Sequence record: MZ681930.1
From: Enterobacteria phage phiC600P9
Direction: 5' to 3' (one strand)
Length of the DNA stretch: 64,000 nt
The notes below the pieces were generated by a model. The model was not told the origin of the DNA. It saw only the letters and a program-made list of their open reading frames with translations, and did not search any database. The first letter of the stretch is position 1; each line of letters opens with the position of its first letter. Shown one piece after another: positions 9,027 through 17,943 of the stretch. The position numbers and the translations under genes were made by a program.

Positions 9027-10346
9027 TCATACATAAAACACATCATAACGACCACGAGTGACACCAACATAAAGAAGCTGCTGAGCTAGCTCAGCATCCG
9101 CATAATGAATACAAGGCGTATAGATAAAAGCACGATCTACAGACATGCCCTGAGCTTTATGGAATGTTGATGCAGGAAGTGCTTTCACTTTACTAAACTG
9201 TGATTTAGCATCCCAAAAATCACTCCACGGAGCTTTTCCACCTTTATTCCAATTTTTGTAAGTTTCTGCAGTTTTACCTAAAAATAAGTTAAACTTATAC
9301 AGCTCTTCATCAGATGAAATTATTTTAATCTTTTCACGATAATATTCATCATCACCGTAAGTTTCTACTGTTAAATCCCAATGACGAATTAGATATTCTC
9401 CAGGAACACCACGAGCTTTAACAAATGTTGATGTATATTCTGCTTCTATAATACGAACTAATTGCCCGTTATTAAAAATAATTTCTGACACAGGCTTTCC
9501 ATCAATTTTATATGTTTTAATTAATGGTTCCTGCATTACAATAATTTCACCAACGATAAAATCTTTATCGGTTTCAAAAATCTTTTTGCGAATAATGCTA
9601 TTTAACTTATCAACAGATTTATTCGTAAATGCCATTACGCGATTTTCAAACAAATCATCTAGTGATTTTACGATTGAAAAATAATTTACCATAAAATCGC
9701 GTAAAGCGGTATCACCAGTAAATCCACGTACTCCATGCCCGTCAACAACTTTATCATAAATCCACTTACCGTTGCGAACATCAGTAGCTACATCAATAAT
9801 AGGAGCATTACTGCGTTTAACTTCAGTGAGTTCACACTGATAAAAATCTTTGTGCGTAAAGAATGGACTGATATAAGCAGTATTTTCTCCTGGGTCAACA
9901 GGTCTAATTTGCTTATTATCACCTATTCCAATTATAGTACACCACGGCGGAATAGTTGAAAGCAGAATTTTAAATAGCTTTCTATCATACATTGACACTT
10001 CGTCGCAGATTAATACTCTGCATTTAGCCAAATCCGGTACTTCTTTTTGTTCAAAAAGAACGTTTTCTTCGTATGTTACGGGGTTAATTTTAAGAATACT
10101 GTGAATAGTACTCGCTTCTTTCCCTGACAGTTTTGAAAGAATCTTTTTAGCCGCATGTGTAGGAGCTGCTAAAATAATGCCAGTTTCGCCTGTAGATATT
10201 AAAGCTTCAATGATGAACTTAGTAAGAGTAGTCTTACCAGTACCAGCAGGTCCATTAATAGTTACATGATGTTTCTTTTCTTTAATAGCCCTCATAACGA
10301 TGTTAAAGGCATTTTTCTGGCCTTCGGTCAAATCATCAAATGTCAT
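9027..10346 (-). CDS. dda: Dda DNA helicase (SF1B)
   Basis: 439-aa ORF essentially matching T4 Dda as recalled; Walker A GPAGTGKT. Confidence 0.95.
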   Translation of the reverse strand: MTFDDLTEGQKNAFNIVMRAIKEKKHHVTINGPAGTGKTTLTKFIIEALISTGETGIILAAPTHAAKKILSKLSGKEASTIHSILKINPVTYEENVLFEQKEVPDLAKCRVLICDEVSMYDRKLFKILLSTIPPWCTIIGIGDNKQIRPVDPGENTAYISPFFTHKDFYQCELTEVKRSNAPIIDVATDVRNGKWIYDKVVDGHGVRGFTGDTALRDFMVNYFSIVKSLDDLFENRVMAFTNKSVDKLNSIIRKKIFETDKDFIVGEIIVMQEPLIKTYKIDGKPVSEIIFNNGQLVRIIEAEYTSTFVKARGVPGEYLIRHWDLTVETYGDDEYYREKIKIISSDEELYKFNLFLGKTAETYKNWNKGGKAPWSDFWDAKSQFSKVKALPASTFHKAQGMSVDRAFIYTPCIHYADAELAQQLLYVGVTRGRYDVFYV

Positions 10347-10654
10347 CGTAAATTCCCTGCAATTGGTATACTAACAATACGGCCTGTGTCCAGGATTCGT
10401 TGATACAATCTTTGCGTCTCCGCATCTAGTTTAACGTGTTTCATTTCAAGCTTATTAAACCAGAACTTACGCGGAGTTTCGACCATTCTTAGAACTCCCA
10501 TTTTTAAATCTGTTTTATACTGTGTTTTCAAAGTATCGAAAACTTTATCAGCAATCTCCCTTTCAAAAAATACAGCAGGACGATGTTCATCAAGAGGAAC
10601 AGGCACCGCAAATCCATCTTTATCTCTATAAACTATCGCATATACATAAAACAT
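10343..10654 (-). CDS. dda.1-like hypothetical protein
   Basis: 103-aa ORF. Confidence 0.5.
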   Translation of the reverse strand: MFYVYAIVYRDKDGFAVPVPLDEHRPAVFFEREIADKVFDTLKTQYKTDLKMGVLRMVETPRKFWFNKLEMKHVKLDAETQRLYQRILDTGRIVSIPIAGNLR

Positions 10655-10655
10655 A

Positions 10656-11402
10656 TTATCCTCGGATAAGTTTAAAAATTGAACAATTTAGCGGGTATCC
10701 TCTTTTCAGTTTAAATTTATCAATAAAAGACAAGTTTTGATACCGCTCTACACCTTGAATAATTTTATCACACATATCATATTGCATTTCTGCTTCTGAC
10801 AACTTTTTCACAGTTTTCCAATCCGAGCCTTTAAGAAGAACGTTCAATTTAACAACTTCAGCGCCTTCTGCTATACGAGAACCATCAATACGAGCTTTGA
10901 GTGCTATAATCGTTAGCTTAACGTCAGAAGTTTGTTTTGATTTAGAAAGCTGAGAAATGTGCTCAATTCGGTTTTCACGTTTTTTCTGTATAGCTTTAAT
11001 TTGATTATAAGTCTTTTTGATTTTAGCCCATTTCTTTTCATCTAAATTTAGTTTATGAACTTTTTTCGCAGATGAACGACCAATTCGCAAAGCAAATAAA
11101 TCACGCTTTTCAATCAACTCTTCTAAAGTATAATCAGAACGAAATGTATTATACTTTTTCTTTACTGCAATAACATTCCCTTTAATATATCCAACGTTAT
11201 TATCAAAACGTTCTAATGATAATTTCTCTCCTTCAATACGATTATCAAAAGGTTCTCCCGAGTAAGCGCAAACTTTCTGATCTAAAATGTTCTTAATGTA
11301 ATTGAAGTCTAAGTTAAAATCTTTAGAACGTCTTTTGGCAGATGCCTGAGTATGCTCTAGACGACGTGTAATTTTACGAATTTGATTTTTAGACAGTTTC
11401 AT
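10656..11402 (-). CDS. srd: Srd-like protein (putative sigma-factor-related)
   Basis: 248-aa basic ORF at the T4 srd position. Confidence 0.55.
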   Translation of the reverse strand: MKLSKNQIRKITRRLEHTQASAKRRSKDFNLDFNYIKNILDQKVCAYSGEPFDNRIEGEKLSLERFDNNVGYIKGNVIAVKKKYNTFRSDYTLEELIEKRDLFALRIGRSSAKKVHKLNLDEKKWAKIKKTYNQIKAIQKKRENRIEHISQLSKSKQTSDVKLTIIALKARIDGSRIAEGAEVVKLNVLLKGSDWKTVKKLSEAEMQYDMCDKIIQGVERYQNLSFIDKFKLKRGYPLNCSIFKLIRG

Positions 11403-11432
11403 ATTTTTCTCACGGACGGTTAACTACTTATA

Positions 11433-11461
11433 CTATAACATTTTTACTTCAGCTTGTAAAC
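11433..11461 (-). promoter_or_regulatory. early promoter (GTTTAC-N17-TTATAG) for srd
   Basis: minus strand GTTTACAAGCTGAAGTAAAAATGTTATAG. Confidence 0.45.
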
Positions 11462-11475
11462 AACTTTATGAAAAA

Positions 11476-11500
11476 TGCTTTAAAACTTTCATGGTATAAT
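11476..11500 (+). promoter_or_regulatory. plus-strand promoter-like element (MotA box TGCTTTA + 12 nt + extended -10 TGGTATAAT)
   Basis: plus strand aTGCTTTAaaactttcaTGGTATAAT; would fire antisense into modA. Confidence 0.35.
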
Positions 11501-11517
11501 GAATCTAAGTCCTTCCA

Positions 11518-12120
11518 TTATAGATTAAATCCTTCAAAGTCAAGAGTATAGATAGTGTATGTTGAATGCTTTTTATACTCATATCTATCCGCAATTCTAA
11601 ATACACTTCCAGCTGGTATCATTACTTCTTGTTCATCTGAAACTAATTCCATATTACGATAACGATGGCTATCTGGAAACTTAAAACTCGGACTATATTC
11701 TTTACAACGTAGAGCTTTTATAGCATACTCCTGGAAATTAAATACCATAGGAGCTTTGAATTCAAAAATAACTTGTGTATTGTATTCTAATCCAGAAGCA
11801 AAATGTAGAGCTATATTTTTATCATATGAAGCTGATACTACTTTATCAAATGTAATAATATCAATTCCTTGATTTAACGCCTGCTTAGTCTCAACTGGAA
11901 CACCTCTCCAAAGAGGTTTATCGTTTGGAACCAAACGATATTTGATTATTTCATTTAACCAAGAATGATCGTCTGGCTTATTAGTAATACAATGAATTAA
12001 AAGTTCAATTTCAGATAAATTAAATCCTTCAGAAAGTAATTCTTCACGAATAGAAGCACGCACCGATGCATCCATTGATTTGATTTTAAAATCTTTTAAT
12101 TGCATTGCTGAATATTTCAT
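11518..12120 (-). CDS. modA: ADP-ribosyltransferase ModA
   Basis: 200-aa ORF, same length and position as T4 ModA; paralogous to adjacent ORF. Confidence 0.65.
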   Translation of the reverse strand: MKYSAMQLKDFKIKSMDASVRASIREELLSEGFNLSEIELLIHCITNKPDDHSWLNEIIKYRLVPNDKPLWRGVPVETKQALNQGIDIITFDKVVSASYDKNIALHFASGLEYNTQVIFEFKAPMVFNFQEYAIKALRCKEYSPSFKFPDSHRYRNMELVSDEQEVMIPAGSVFRIADRYEYKKHSTYTIYTLDFEGFNL

Positions 12121-12752
12121 TCAACTACCTCAATATCATACACTTTAAATGTTCCAAATGAATCGTGTAATTTTTCTTTTGAAATAGAAGTTATTTTATA
12201 CTTTCCAATTGGAATCATCCATTCTTGTTCACGCACAATCATCATTAAGTTATCAGTACGTTCTGAATCTAATCCATCAGTATCTTCATATGTATACTTA
12301 AACTCAGTATTAGGAGAAGAAAGTATAATATCGCTGATATGGTCAGAATAATTAAAAGCTTTATCAGTTTTTAAGCGAAATATTATTTCAGTGAAATACT
12401 CAACATAAGAAAAACCACATGCTGTGTGCAAACTAGTAGTAAATGAATCTACTCTATTCGTTGAAAACACTTCTCCAACTTGTAAATCTTTAATGAGTTC
12501 TTTTGTCGATTTTGATATACCACGATATAGCTGATAAGGTGATTTAGTTAAATGCTTTTTAATGATTTTATTCAACTGCCGATGAAGAGCTTCATTCTTT
12601 TTGGCTTCCATACATTGCCAAAGAACTGATTGTTCAAAGTCAGTAAATTTTTCACAGACTTTTTTATACATATCATATTGAAAATCAACGCTTTCAGCTT
12701 TTATAGATAACTGTTCAACATCTGCAAGATTAATAATCATGATAGCCTCCAT
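12117..12752 (-). CDS. modB: ADP-ribosyltransferase ModB
   Basis: 211-aa ORF start/stop-coupled to modA. Confidence 0.65.
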   Translation of the reverse strand: MEAIMIINLADVEQLSIKAESVDFQYDMYKKVCEKFTDFEQSVLWQCMEAKKNEALHRQLNKIIKKHLTKSPYQLYRGISKSTKELIKDLQVGEVFSTNRVDSFTTSLHTACGFSYVEYFTEIIFRLKTDKAFNYSDHISDIILSSPNTEFKYTYEDTDGLDSERTDNLMMIVREQEWMIPIGKYKITSISKEKLHDSFGTFKVYDIEVVE

Positions 12753-12767
12753 ATACTTCAGAAGCTA

Positions 12768-12796
12768 TCATATCATTGTTAGGAAGGAAAGTAAAC
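12768..12796 (-). promoter_or_regulatory. early promoter (GTTTAC-N18-TATGAT) for modB/modA
   Basis: plus strand atcatatcattgttaggaaggaaagtaaac. Confidence 0.45.
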
Positions 12797-12807
12797 AACT
12801 TTTTGAA

Positions 12808-12990
12808 TTATTTTGCCCAGGGAGCCCAGGGCGGAGGGTCAAGATGGTATGAAGCTAGTTCTTCTAGAAGAGCATCTGGGGCTTCAATTCCATAATTCTG
12901 TAATACTATACGGTACTCTTTCTTATAATCACTAGAATCATTCTGGATATTCGTAGAATGATTATCTTCTAACATCTCAAATAAATCCAT
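12808..12990 (-). CDS. small acidic hypothetical protein
   Basis: 60-aa ORF. Confidence 0.4.
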   Translation of the reverse strand: MDLFEMLEDNHSTNIQNDSSDYKKEYRIVLQNYGIEAPDALLEELASYHLDPPPWAPWAK

Positions 12991-12998
12991 ATTAATTC

Positions 12999-13469
12999 CT
13001 AGCGATAAAAACCAAATTGACGATTAGCTTCAATAATCTTTCTTTCTTCTTCGGACATTCTCCAGCGTAGTCCAACATCAAAATGAGCCCAGACCATCTT
13101 AACGAATGCATTTATATCTTTAATATCTTCAATAATGAATGTTTTACTTTTAGAAGGTTGACTCGCTAATTTAACTTTATCGTCTTCAAACAGGTCAAAA
13201 AGACCATATTCATGGGCTCTTTTATAGCCTTTAATAGTTAAAGCTTCGGAAGAAGAAAACGGTGAATCAGTATTCTGCAAAATATCTTCAGTATGCTTTA
13301 TAATTAGAATAACATTTTCTGGATATTTTCTTTCTTTTATATCTTTAATTAAAATATCCGGATTTTCTGCTAAAGGAATAATTAATGAGCACTCTTTATC
13401 AAGTGTATTTACCGATTTACCTTCTTTAGACATAAATTCTATTGAATAATGTTTTGCTACTTCAATCAT
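12999..13469 (-). CDS. hypothetical protein
   Basis: 156-aa ORF. Confidence 0.5.
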   Translation of the reverse strand: MIEVAKHYSIEFMSKEGKSVNTLDKECSLIIPLAENPDILIKDIKERKYPENVILIIKHTEDILQNTDSPFSSSEALTIKGYKRAHEYGLFDLFEDDKVKLASQPSKSKTFIIEDIKDINAFVKMVWAHFDVGLRWRMSEEERKIIEANRQFGFYR

Positions 13470-13626
13470 GCGATTTCCTCTTGCCTACTAACGGGCCGTC
13501 AGGAATTTTGTTTTCCTGGATATATTTCTCATTTTCTTCCATCATTTTACTGCCAATTTTAAGAAGCAAATCCATTGCTTCATTTGCTTTAGCCTTGGCC
13601 TCTTCTAGCGTCATATCTCTGTTCAT
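13462..13626 (-). CDS. small hypothetical protein (hand-called)
   Basis: 54-aa [24 protein letters not shown]... filling the gap; ATGA-type overlaps on both sides. Confidence 0.45.
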   Translation of the reverse strand: MNRDMTLEEAKAKANEAMDLLLKIGSKMMEENEKYIQENKIPDGPLVGKRKSHD

Positions 13627-13826
13627 GATTTATCCCCATAGATGTCTCTCATCAATTTAAGCGCTGAGCGTTCTAATTTCTTTTCTTTCTCAATGCTAAT
13701 CATTGATTTCATCCATTCTTCTGATTCGTTCTGCATTTCTTTATTTGCCTGTTCAACCCAACCATCATCAATGTACATTGAGTTTGGTCTATTGAACCAT
13801 TCAAACATTTTCTTCAGAACTTTCAT
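13623..13826 (-). CDS. small hypothetical protein
   Basis: 67-aa ORF. Confidence 0.45.
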   Translation of the reverse strand: MKVLKKMFEWFNRPNSMYIDDGWVEQANKEMQNESEEWMKSMISIEKEKKLERSALKLMRDIYGDKS

Positions 13827-14298
13827 TTATTTTACCTAAAACAACAGTAGGAGCATCGTCAAATTTATGAATTTTGAGTAAATTTGGATTTAAATTATTC
13901 CATACATAATAAATGAAGTATGATAAAGCATCTTCACTCGCAATTATAAATTTATTTCCTTTATCTATTTTCCAGTCATATACTGAATCGTACGAATAAA
14001 AAGATAAAGGGTTATCATTATATTGTTCTGCGCTAACATTGATGTATTCGGATTTAGTAAATGCTTCAATTGCTCTAAACGGACTATTTGGCACAGTTTC
14101 AATAATTCCGATCTTTTTAAGTTTTATTTCAACATCTTCTGGAACTGGCATTGAAATAAAATCTTCTACTAGATACATGTTATTATTATATCTTTTATCA
14201 ATCATTACTGCTACTGTAATTGGAATATCTTTAGCAAACGCCATGCTATCACTGCTAATATACATTTCAAACAAAATCGCTTCCATAATTTTCCTCAA
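13801..14298 (-). CDS. hypothetical protein (mrh-region)
   Basis: 165-aa ORF. Confidence 0.5.
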   Translation of the reverse strand: MRKIMEAILFEMYISSDSMAFAKDIPITVAVMIDKRYNNNMYLVEDFISMPVPEDVEIKLKKIGIIETVPNSPFRAIEAFTKSEYINVSAEQYNDNPLSFYSYDSVYDWKIDKGNKFIIASEDALSYFIYYVWNNLNPNLLKIHKFDDAPTVVLGKINESSEENV

Positions 14299-14636
14299 TC
14301 ACAAGATGTAGATGAACAACTAGAATCGCAAGAACTTCCACACGAATCGCCCGTCCATACATGAACAGGAACATTAGTGTCATATGAATCAGAACTAGAC
14401 TGTGTATTCTGTGTATTAGATGATGTAGTAGGTGTTGACCAGCGCCAAGGATTTTTATAATATTCTTGGGCTTCTTCATAAGTCATAGTAACTGCTTCTA
14501 CTGTTCCATCTCCCATATAAACATATTCAACTACAGTTAAAGGGAGGTAGTCATTTGAAATAGGAACTACACCTTCTCCGGGAGTTGTAGAGAAAAAATC
14601 CGTAAAGAAACTTTTAAACCAATTAAAGATAAACAT
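14295..14636 (-). CDS. hypothetical protein with Ser/Thr-rich linker and Cys/Ser-rich C-terminal tail
   Basis: 113-aa ORF ending ...[18 protein letters not shown]. Confidence 0.5.
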   Translation of the reverse strand: MFIFNWFKSFFTDFFSTTPGEGVVPISNDYLPLTVVEYVYMGDGTVEAVTMTYEEAQEYYKNPWRWSTPTTSSNTQNTQSSSDSYDTNVPVHVWTGDSCGSSCDSSCSSTSCD

Positions 14637-14842
14637 TACAAAAAGCCTCTCTTGAATTCAACTTGCTTCTCACCATAATCATATCGAATCTCTGCATTAA
14701 ATTCGACAGAACCATCTGCGTACATCATAAATGAATGCACAACAACTTCTGTAGACCATGGCTGTAGTTCATATTTCTTCATTACATGCCGTGAAATGAT
14801 AATATCTAAATCTTCATTTGGTTTAATCCAACGATTTAACAT
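14636..14842 (-). CDS. small hypothetical protein
   Basis: 68-aa ORF downstream of an early promoter. Confidence 0.5.
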   Translation of the reverse strand: MLNRWIKPNEDLDIIISRHVMKKYELQPWSTEVVVHSFMMYADGSVEFNAEIRYDYGEKQVEFKRGFL

Positions 14843-14868
14843 AGTGCTCTCCTCTATAAGATAATTCT

Positions 14869-14898
14869 ATTATACCATACTCATTTTAGAAAGTAAAC
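14869..14898 (-). promoter_or_regulatory. early promoter (GTTTAC-N18-TGGTATAAT)
   Basis: plus strand attataccatactcattttagaaagtaaac. Confidence 0.55.
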
Positions 14899-14911
14899 CG
14901 GTAAAATGAAA

Positions 14912-14933
14912 AAGGACTCCCGAGGGAGTCCTT
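14912..14933 (-). terminator. intrinsic terminator-like hairpin downstream of soc
   Basis: minus strand GGACUCCC-UCG-GGAGUCC followed by UUUUUCAUUUU. Confidence 0.55.
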
Positions 14934-14939
14934 GAATTA

Positions 14940-15176
14940 TTAACCACCTATTTGTGTAGGCGTAAACATTGCAGCATTCTTAGTTTTCCAATCAGCTGCA
15001 TCAGAAACTACAGTAGAATATGCTGCCTTTTCTGACGGAAAGATCTGATAATGAGAATCTGCGATACGGTGCTCGTTAGAATAAATTTCAAACGGAACAG
15101 AAACTTCCATACCTTTAACTTCTTTGCCTTCACCCGCTGGATGAGTAAAGGTCTTGATGTTAACGAAACCACCCAT
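14940..15176 (-). CDS. soc: small outer capsid protein Soc
   Basis: 78-aa ORF with T4 Soc-like motifs (YVNIKTF, HYQIFPSEKAAYSTV); late promoter just upstream. Confidence 0.85.
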   Translation of the reverse strand: MGGFVNIKTFTHPAGEGKEVKGMEVSVPFEIYSNEHRIADSHYQIFPSEKAAYSTVVSDAADWKTKNAAMFTPTQIGG

Positions 15177-15207
15177 AATAAACTCCTTTATTGTTTAATT
15201 ACAAGTG

Positions 15208-15215
15208 TATTTATA
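15208..15215 (-). promoter_or_regulatory. late promoter TATAAATA for soc
   Basis: plus strand tatttata about 30 nt upstream of the soc ATG. Confidence 0.65.
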
Positions 15216-15389
15216 TCAGTCTTCAATGAAAACTTGTGCCAGGAATTCGTGTTCATCTTGAATTTGTTTATATAAAGCCATTACAGCATTTATATTAGAG
15301 CTATCTACTTTAAGCTGATAAGCATACCACTCGTATAAATTAATTAAAGCTTTTTGTCGTCTAATAAATTCTTCTTTGGATATTTTCAT
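15216..15389 (-). CDS. small hypothetical protein (hand-called)
   Basis: 57-aa ORF MKISKEEFIRRQKALINLYEWYAYQL...; ATGA overlap with upstream ORF. Confidence 0.45.
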   Translation of the reverse strand: MKISKEEFIRRQKALINLYEWYAYQLKVDSSNINAVMALYKQIQDEHEFLAQVFIED

Positions 15390-15598
15390 TTTGAATGCTC
15401 TATAATTAATTTTAAGGCTTCTTCACTGACAAAAATTTCATCAGGACCTTCTTCTACAACCCAATCAACCCAATCAACCACACGAAGCTGATTAGATAAG
15501 AGCTCACATACGAGCTCCTTGTCATAATTTTTAAATAGCTGGTCAATACGTTTCTTGCGGGCTTTCTTAAGCTGGCGTTTATTTAAACGAGCCATCAA
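15386..15598 (-). CDS. small hypothetical protein
   Basis: 70-aa ORF coupled to gene 56. Confidence 0.5.
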   Translation of the reverse strand: MMARLNKRQLKKARKKRIDQLFKNYDKELVCELLSNQLRVVDWVDWVVEEGPDEIFVSEEALKLIIEHSK

Positions 15599-16113
15599 TA
15601 ACCTCGGTCTTGACGAGCGAAGTTTTCAGCATTTTTCAGATAATAAAGTTTAAAGATTTCTTCAGCCGTAAGACCGAGACCTTGGAACATGTTCAGAACG
15701 AAATGAAGAATATCAATCATTTCAAATTTAATTTCCAACTGGTCTTGCGGAGACAAATCAGTAATTAGAGTTTCACGACGTTCACCATGCTGTGACTTCC
15801 AAGGTTTCCATACAGCAGATGCATCTTTTTCACCATTGCTCATACCGCCAAGAGATGTCAGAAGTTCACGGAATTCATCGTCAATATAATCTTTTTGATT
15901 ACGCAGCCAATCAACAACTTCGCCTGCAGTAGCCAAATCATCAGGATGACGGTTATATTCAGGTTTATCTTTAGCTAAACGAACCTGCAAAGATTTCTGC
16001 ATATCAAGCATAACTTGCAGTGGGTCTTTTTCATCACCGAGAATATCCCAGTATTCATTTTGAGCTTTATCAGCGCCTTCGATCAGATGACTACATTCGT
16101 TGAAATGTGGCAT
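15595..16113 (-). CDS. 56: dCTP pyrophosphatase (dCTPase-dUTPase)
   Basis: 172-aa ORF closely matching T4 gp56 as recalled (NEYWDILGDEKDPLQVMLDMQ..., EEIFKLYYLKN). Confidence 0.9.
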   Translation of the reverse strand: MPHFNECSHLIEGADKAQNEYWDILGDEKDPLQVMLDMQKSLQVRLAKDKPEYNRHPDDLATAGEVVDWLRNQKDYIDDEFRELLTSLGGMSNGEKDASAVWKPWKSQHGERRETLITDLSPQDQLEIKFEMIDILHFVLNMFQGLGLTAEEIFKLYYLKNAENFARQDRGY

Positions 16114-16149
16114 GTTATTTTTCCTTTCAATTCATGGGTTAGTAGATTA

Positions 16150-16175
16150 ATTATACAATAAATATATAAAGCAAT
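16150..16175 (-). promoter_or_regulatory. middle promoter (MotA box TTGCTTTA + 11 nt + TATAAT) for gene 56
   Basis: minus strand ATTGCTTTATATATTTATTGTATAAT. Confidence 0.5.
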
Positions 16176-16186
16176 AAGGAGGACAT

Positions 16187-16387
16187 ATGGTACAAAAATT
16201 AATGGCACTTGTTAATGCCATAAAAGGTAATAAAAAACGTATAGCTTTTACTATTTCTGCTATGATAGGAATTTTACTTTGGAATTTTGTTTTATCACCA
16301 ATTGCTATTGCTCATGGTGTTAGTATTCCAGTAATTACTCTTGATACATTCGTAGATTTAGCATTTGCTTTAGTTGGGTTAATTTAA
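16187..16387 (+). CDS. candidate plus-strand small membrane protein
   Basis: 66-aa hydrophobic ORF with AAGGAGG RBS 6 nt before the ATG; may be a shadow of AT-rich intergenic DNA. Confidence 0.3.
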   Translation: MVQKLMALVNAIKGNKKRIAFTISAMIGILLWNFVLSPIAIAHGVSIPVITLDTFVDLAFALVGLI

Positions 16388-17412
16388 ATCTTAGCATATT
16401 TAGATAGCCGCATTTTAGCCATCAGCCCCTGTGCAATATTATTTTTCATATATTCCATAATTTGTTCAGGGGTTGCACCTTCCTTTCTAATCATATCATT
16501 GACATCTTTTGATTTCCAGGGAGATTTGTCCCAAAACATAACCCTTTCTCCTGCATCAACTAATTTAGTCATTCGTTTAATAGTATCAGGGTGACGAGGT
16601 TCATTATCCAAAACCCATACTCGTCTATCTTTAAATGGAACAATTTCTAGGTCTAATTGACCACCTGTAATAGCTATACCATTTTCAATAAAAAGTGAAT
16701 CTATAGGTCCTTCTAGAACATATACATCACCATCTTTAACCCGTTCGACTCCATAGATTTTTGTTGCCTCAGGATAAGCTTTGATGGTGATATATTTTTG
16801 AGGAGCATCTTTCTTTAATGCACGTCCTTGAAAAGACTCAGCTTTTCCATTAGCATTATAAATTGGAATAACAAGACGAGGCTCAGGTATTTCCTTTTTA
16901 TATGTTCCTGGTGCTATACTATTAACTAATTTAGGCCATTCGGTTGTAAACCAAAGATATTTCCATTTATCCTTTGGAATACAACGAGCTTTTACGTATT
17001 TTATAATTGGATGGTCTTCCGCCAGTTTATCTAATCTAACGCATGACGGAAGAGATTTAATTATTTTCTTCTCAGGTTGTTTAGGAAGTTCTTTAAGTTT
17101 TTCTACTGGACGACTTTTACCTTTTTCTTTTCTTATTTCAAAGATATACTCACGATATAAATCGGGTTCAAACTCCTTTAAATATATTCCGATTGGTGCA
17201 TGATAGTTACAGTTATAACAATGAATATTTCCTTCATTATTATCGCCATAATACCATCCACGGGCTTTATTTTGGTCGGTTTTTGAATCTCCACAAACAG
17301 GGCATCTAAACCGCAATTTAAAAGTTGAACTATTATTTACTTGTGTGAATTTAGGTAAATGAGCTAATGCACGATATGCAAACTCATTATCAATCCAAGG
17401 TATTGATGACAT
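16384..17412 (-). CDS. 61: DNA primase
   Basis: 342-aa ORF matching T4 gp61 length; zinc ribbon CPVCGDS...CYNCNYH plus Toprim-like region. Confidence 0.9.
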   Translation of the reverse strand: MSSIPWIDNEFAYRALAHLPKFTQVNNSSTFKLRFRCPVCGDSKTDQNKARGWYYGDNNEGNIHCYNCNYHAPIGIYLKEFEPDLYREYIFEIRKEKGKSRPVEKLKELPKQPEKKIIKSLPSCVRLDKLAEDHPIIKYVKARCIPKDKWKYLWFTTEWPKLVNSIAPGTYKKEIPEPRLVIPIYNANGKAESFQGRALKKDAPQKYITIKAYPEATKIYGVERVKDGDVYVLEGPIDSLFIENGIAITGGQLDLEIVPFKDRRVWVLDNEPRHPDTIKRMTKLVDAGERVMFWDKSPWKSKDVNDMIRKEGATPEQIMEYMKNNIAQGLMAKMRLSKYAKI

Positions 17413-17414
17413 TT

Positions 17415-17579
17415 TTACTCTTCTTTTTCTTTAGATTCCTCTTTTTTCTTTTTAGGAATCTGTTCAGGACCTTTATTTACTACAGCGCCTGATGTTGTTC
17501 CAGTGGAGATATTTTCAGGATTACCACCTGAATCTCCAGCTACCATATCTTCTTTGATAAATTCTTTATATGTTTTCAT
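17415..17579 (-). CDS. small protein with internal-protein-like capsid targeting sequence (hand-called)
   Basis: 54-aa ORF MKTYKEFIKEDMVAGDSGG...KKKKEESKEKEE; N-terminus resembles the T4 IP targeting sequence MKTYQEFIAE; AGAGG RBS. Confidence 0.45.
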   Translation of the reverse strand: MKTYKEFIKEDMVAGDSGGNPENISTGTTSGAVVNKGPEQIPKKKKEESKEKEE

Positions 17580-17591
17580 ATTAGCCTCTAA

Positions 17592-17885
17592 TTATTCACC
17601 TACCACTTCAGCGATGATATTTTTATTATTGAAGTTTTTATCACAATACAGAACGTAATTATACTGCATTACACCACCAGACTTAAGTTGTTTTTGTACT
17701 TCAGCTTTCATTTCAGGGCGATCACGCTCAACGATATTCATAATATCTGCTTCAATCTGAGTTTCAACTTCAGTCTGATCTGCAGTCATAGACCACTCAC
17801 ACAAATCTTTATCATAACCCGCCATAGCAGGCTGAGCAGCACAAGAAGCCAAAGCAAAAATTGCAGCAAAAACAAATTTTTTCAT
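17592..17885 (-). CDS. secreted/lipoprotein-like small protein
   Basis: 97-aa ORF with signal peptide MKKFVFAAIFALASCAAQPAMA. Confidence 0.55.
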   Translation of the reverse strand: MKKFVFAAIFALASCAAQPAMAGYDKDLCEWSMTADQTEVETQIEADIMNIVERDRPEMKAEVQKQLKSGGVMQYNYVLYCDKNFNNKNIIAEVVGE

Positions 17886-17913
17886 GATAATCTCCTCAGT
17901 AGTTTATGTTTAT

Positions 17914-17943
17914 ATAGTATCTCAATTTCCAACAAAAGTAAAC
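17914..17943 (-). promoter_or_regulatory. early promoter (GTTTAC-N18-TACTAT)
   Basis: plus strand atagtatctcaatttccaacaaaagtaaac. Confidence 0.45.

Noticed and set aside
14267-14479. 70-aa ORF overlapping 14295..14636 in another frame; likewise 34045..34245, 34569..34790, 31876..32139, 22075..22275, 22566..22769, 48653..48889, 51261..51455, 51971..52189, 61098..61280
   Set aside because: Same-strand alternative-frame ORFs fully inside better-supported genes; no independent start signals.
14869-14935. Possible CRISPR-like repeat array from recurring GC-rich palindromes and GTAAAC motifs
   Set aside because: The repeats are dispersed singly in intergenic regions with different spacing; they are UUCG-type hairpins and early promoter -35/-10 elements, not a repeat-spacer array.
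16187-16387. Holin assignment for the plus-strand hydrophobic mini-ORF
   Set aside because: Only hydrophobicity and an RBS support it; T-even holin (t) lies elsewhere and this ORF may be the antisense shadow of the gene 56 promoter region. Kept only as a low-confidence CDS.
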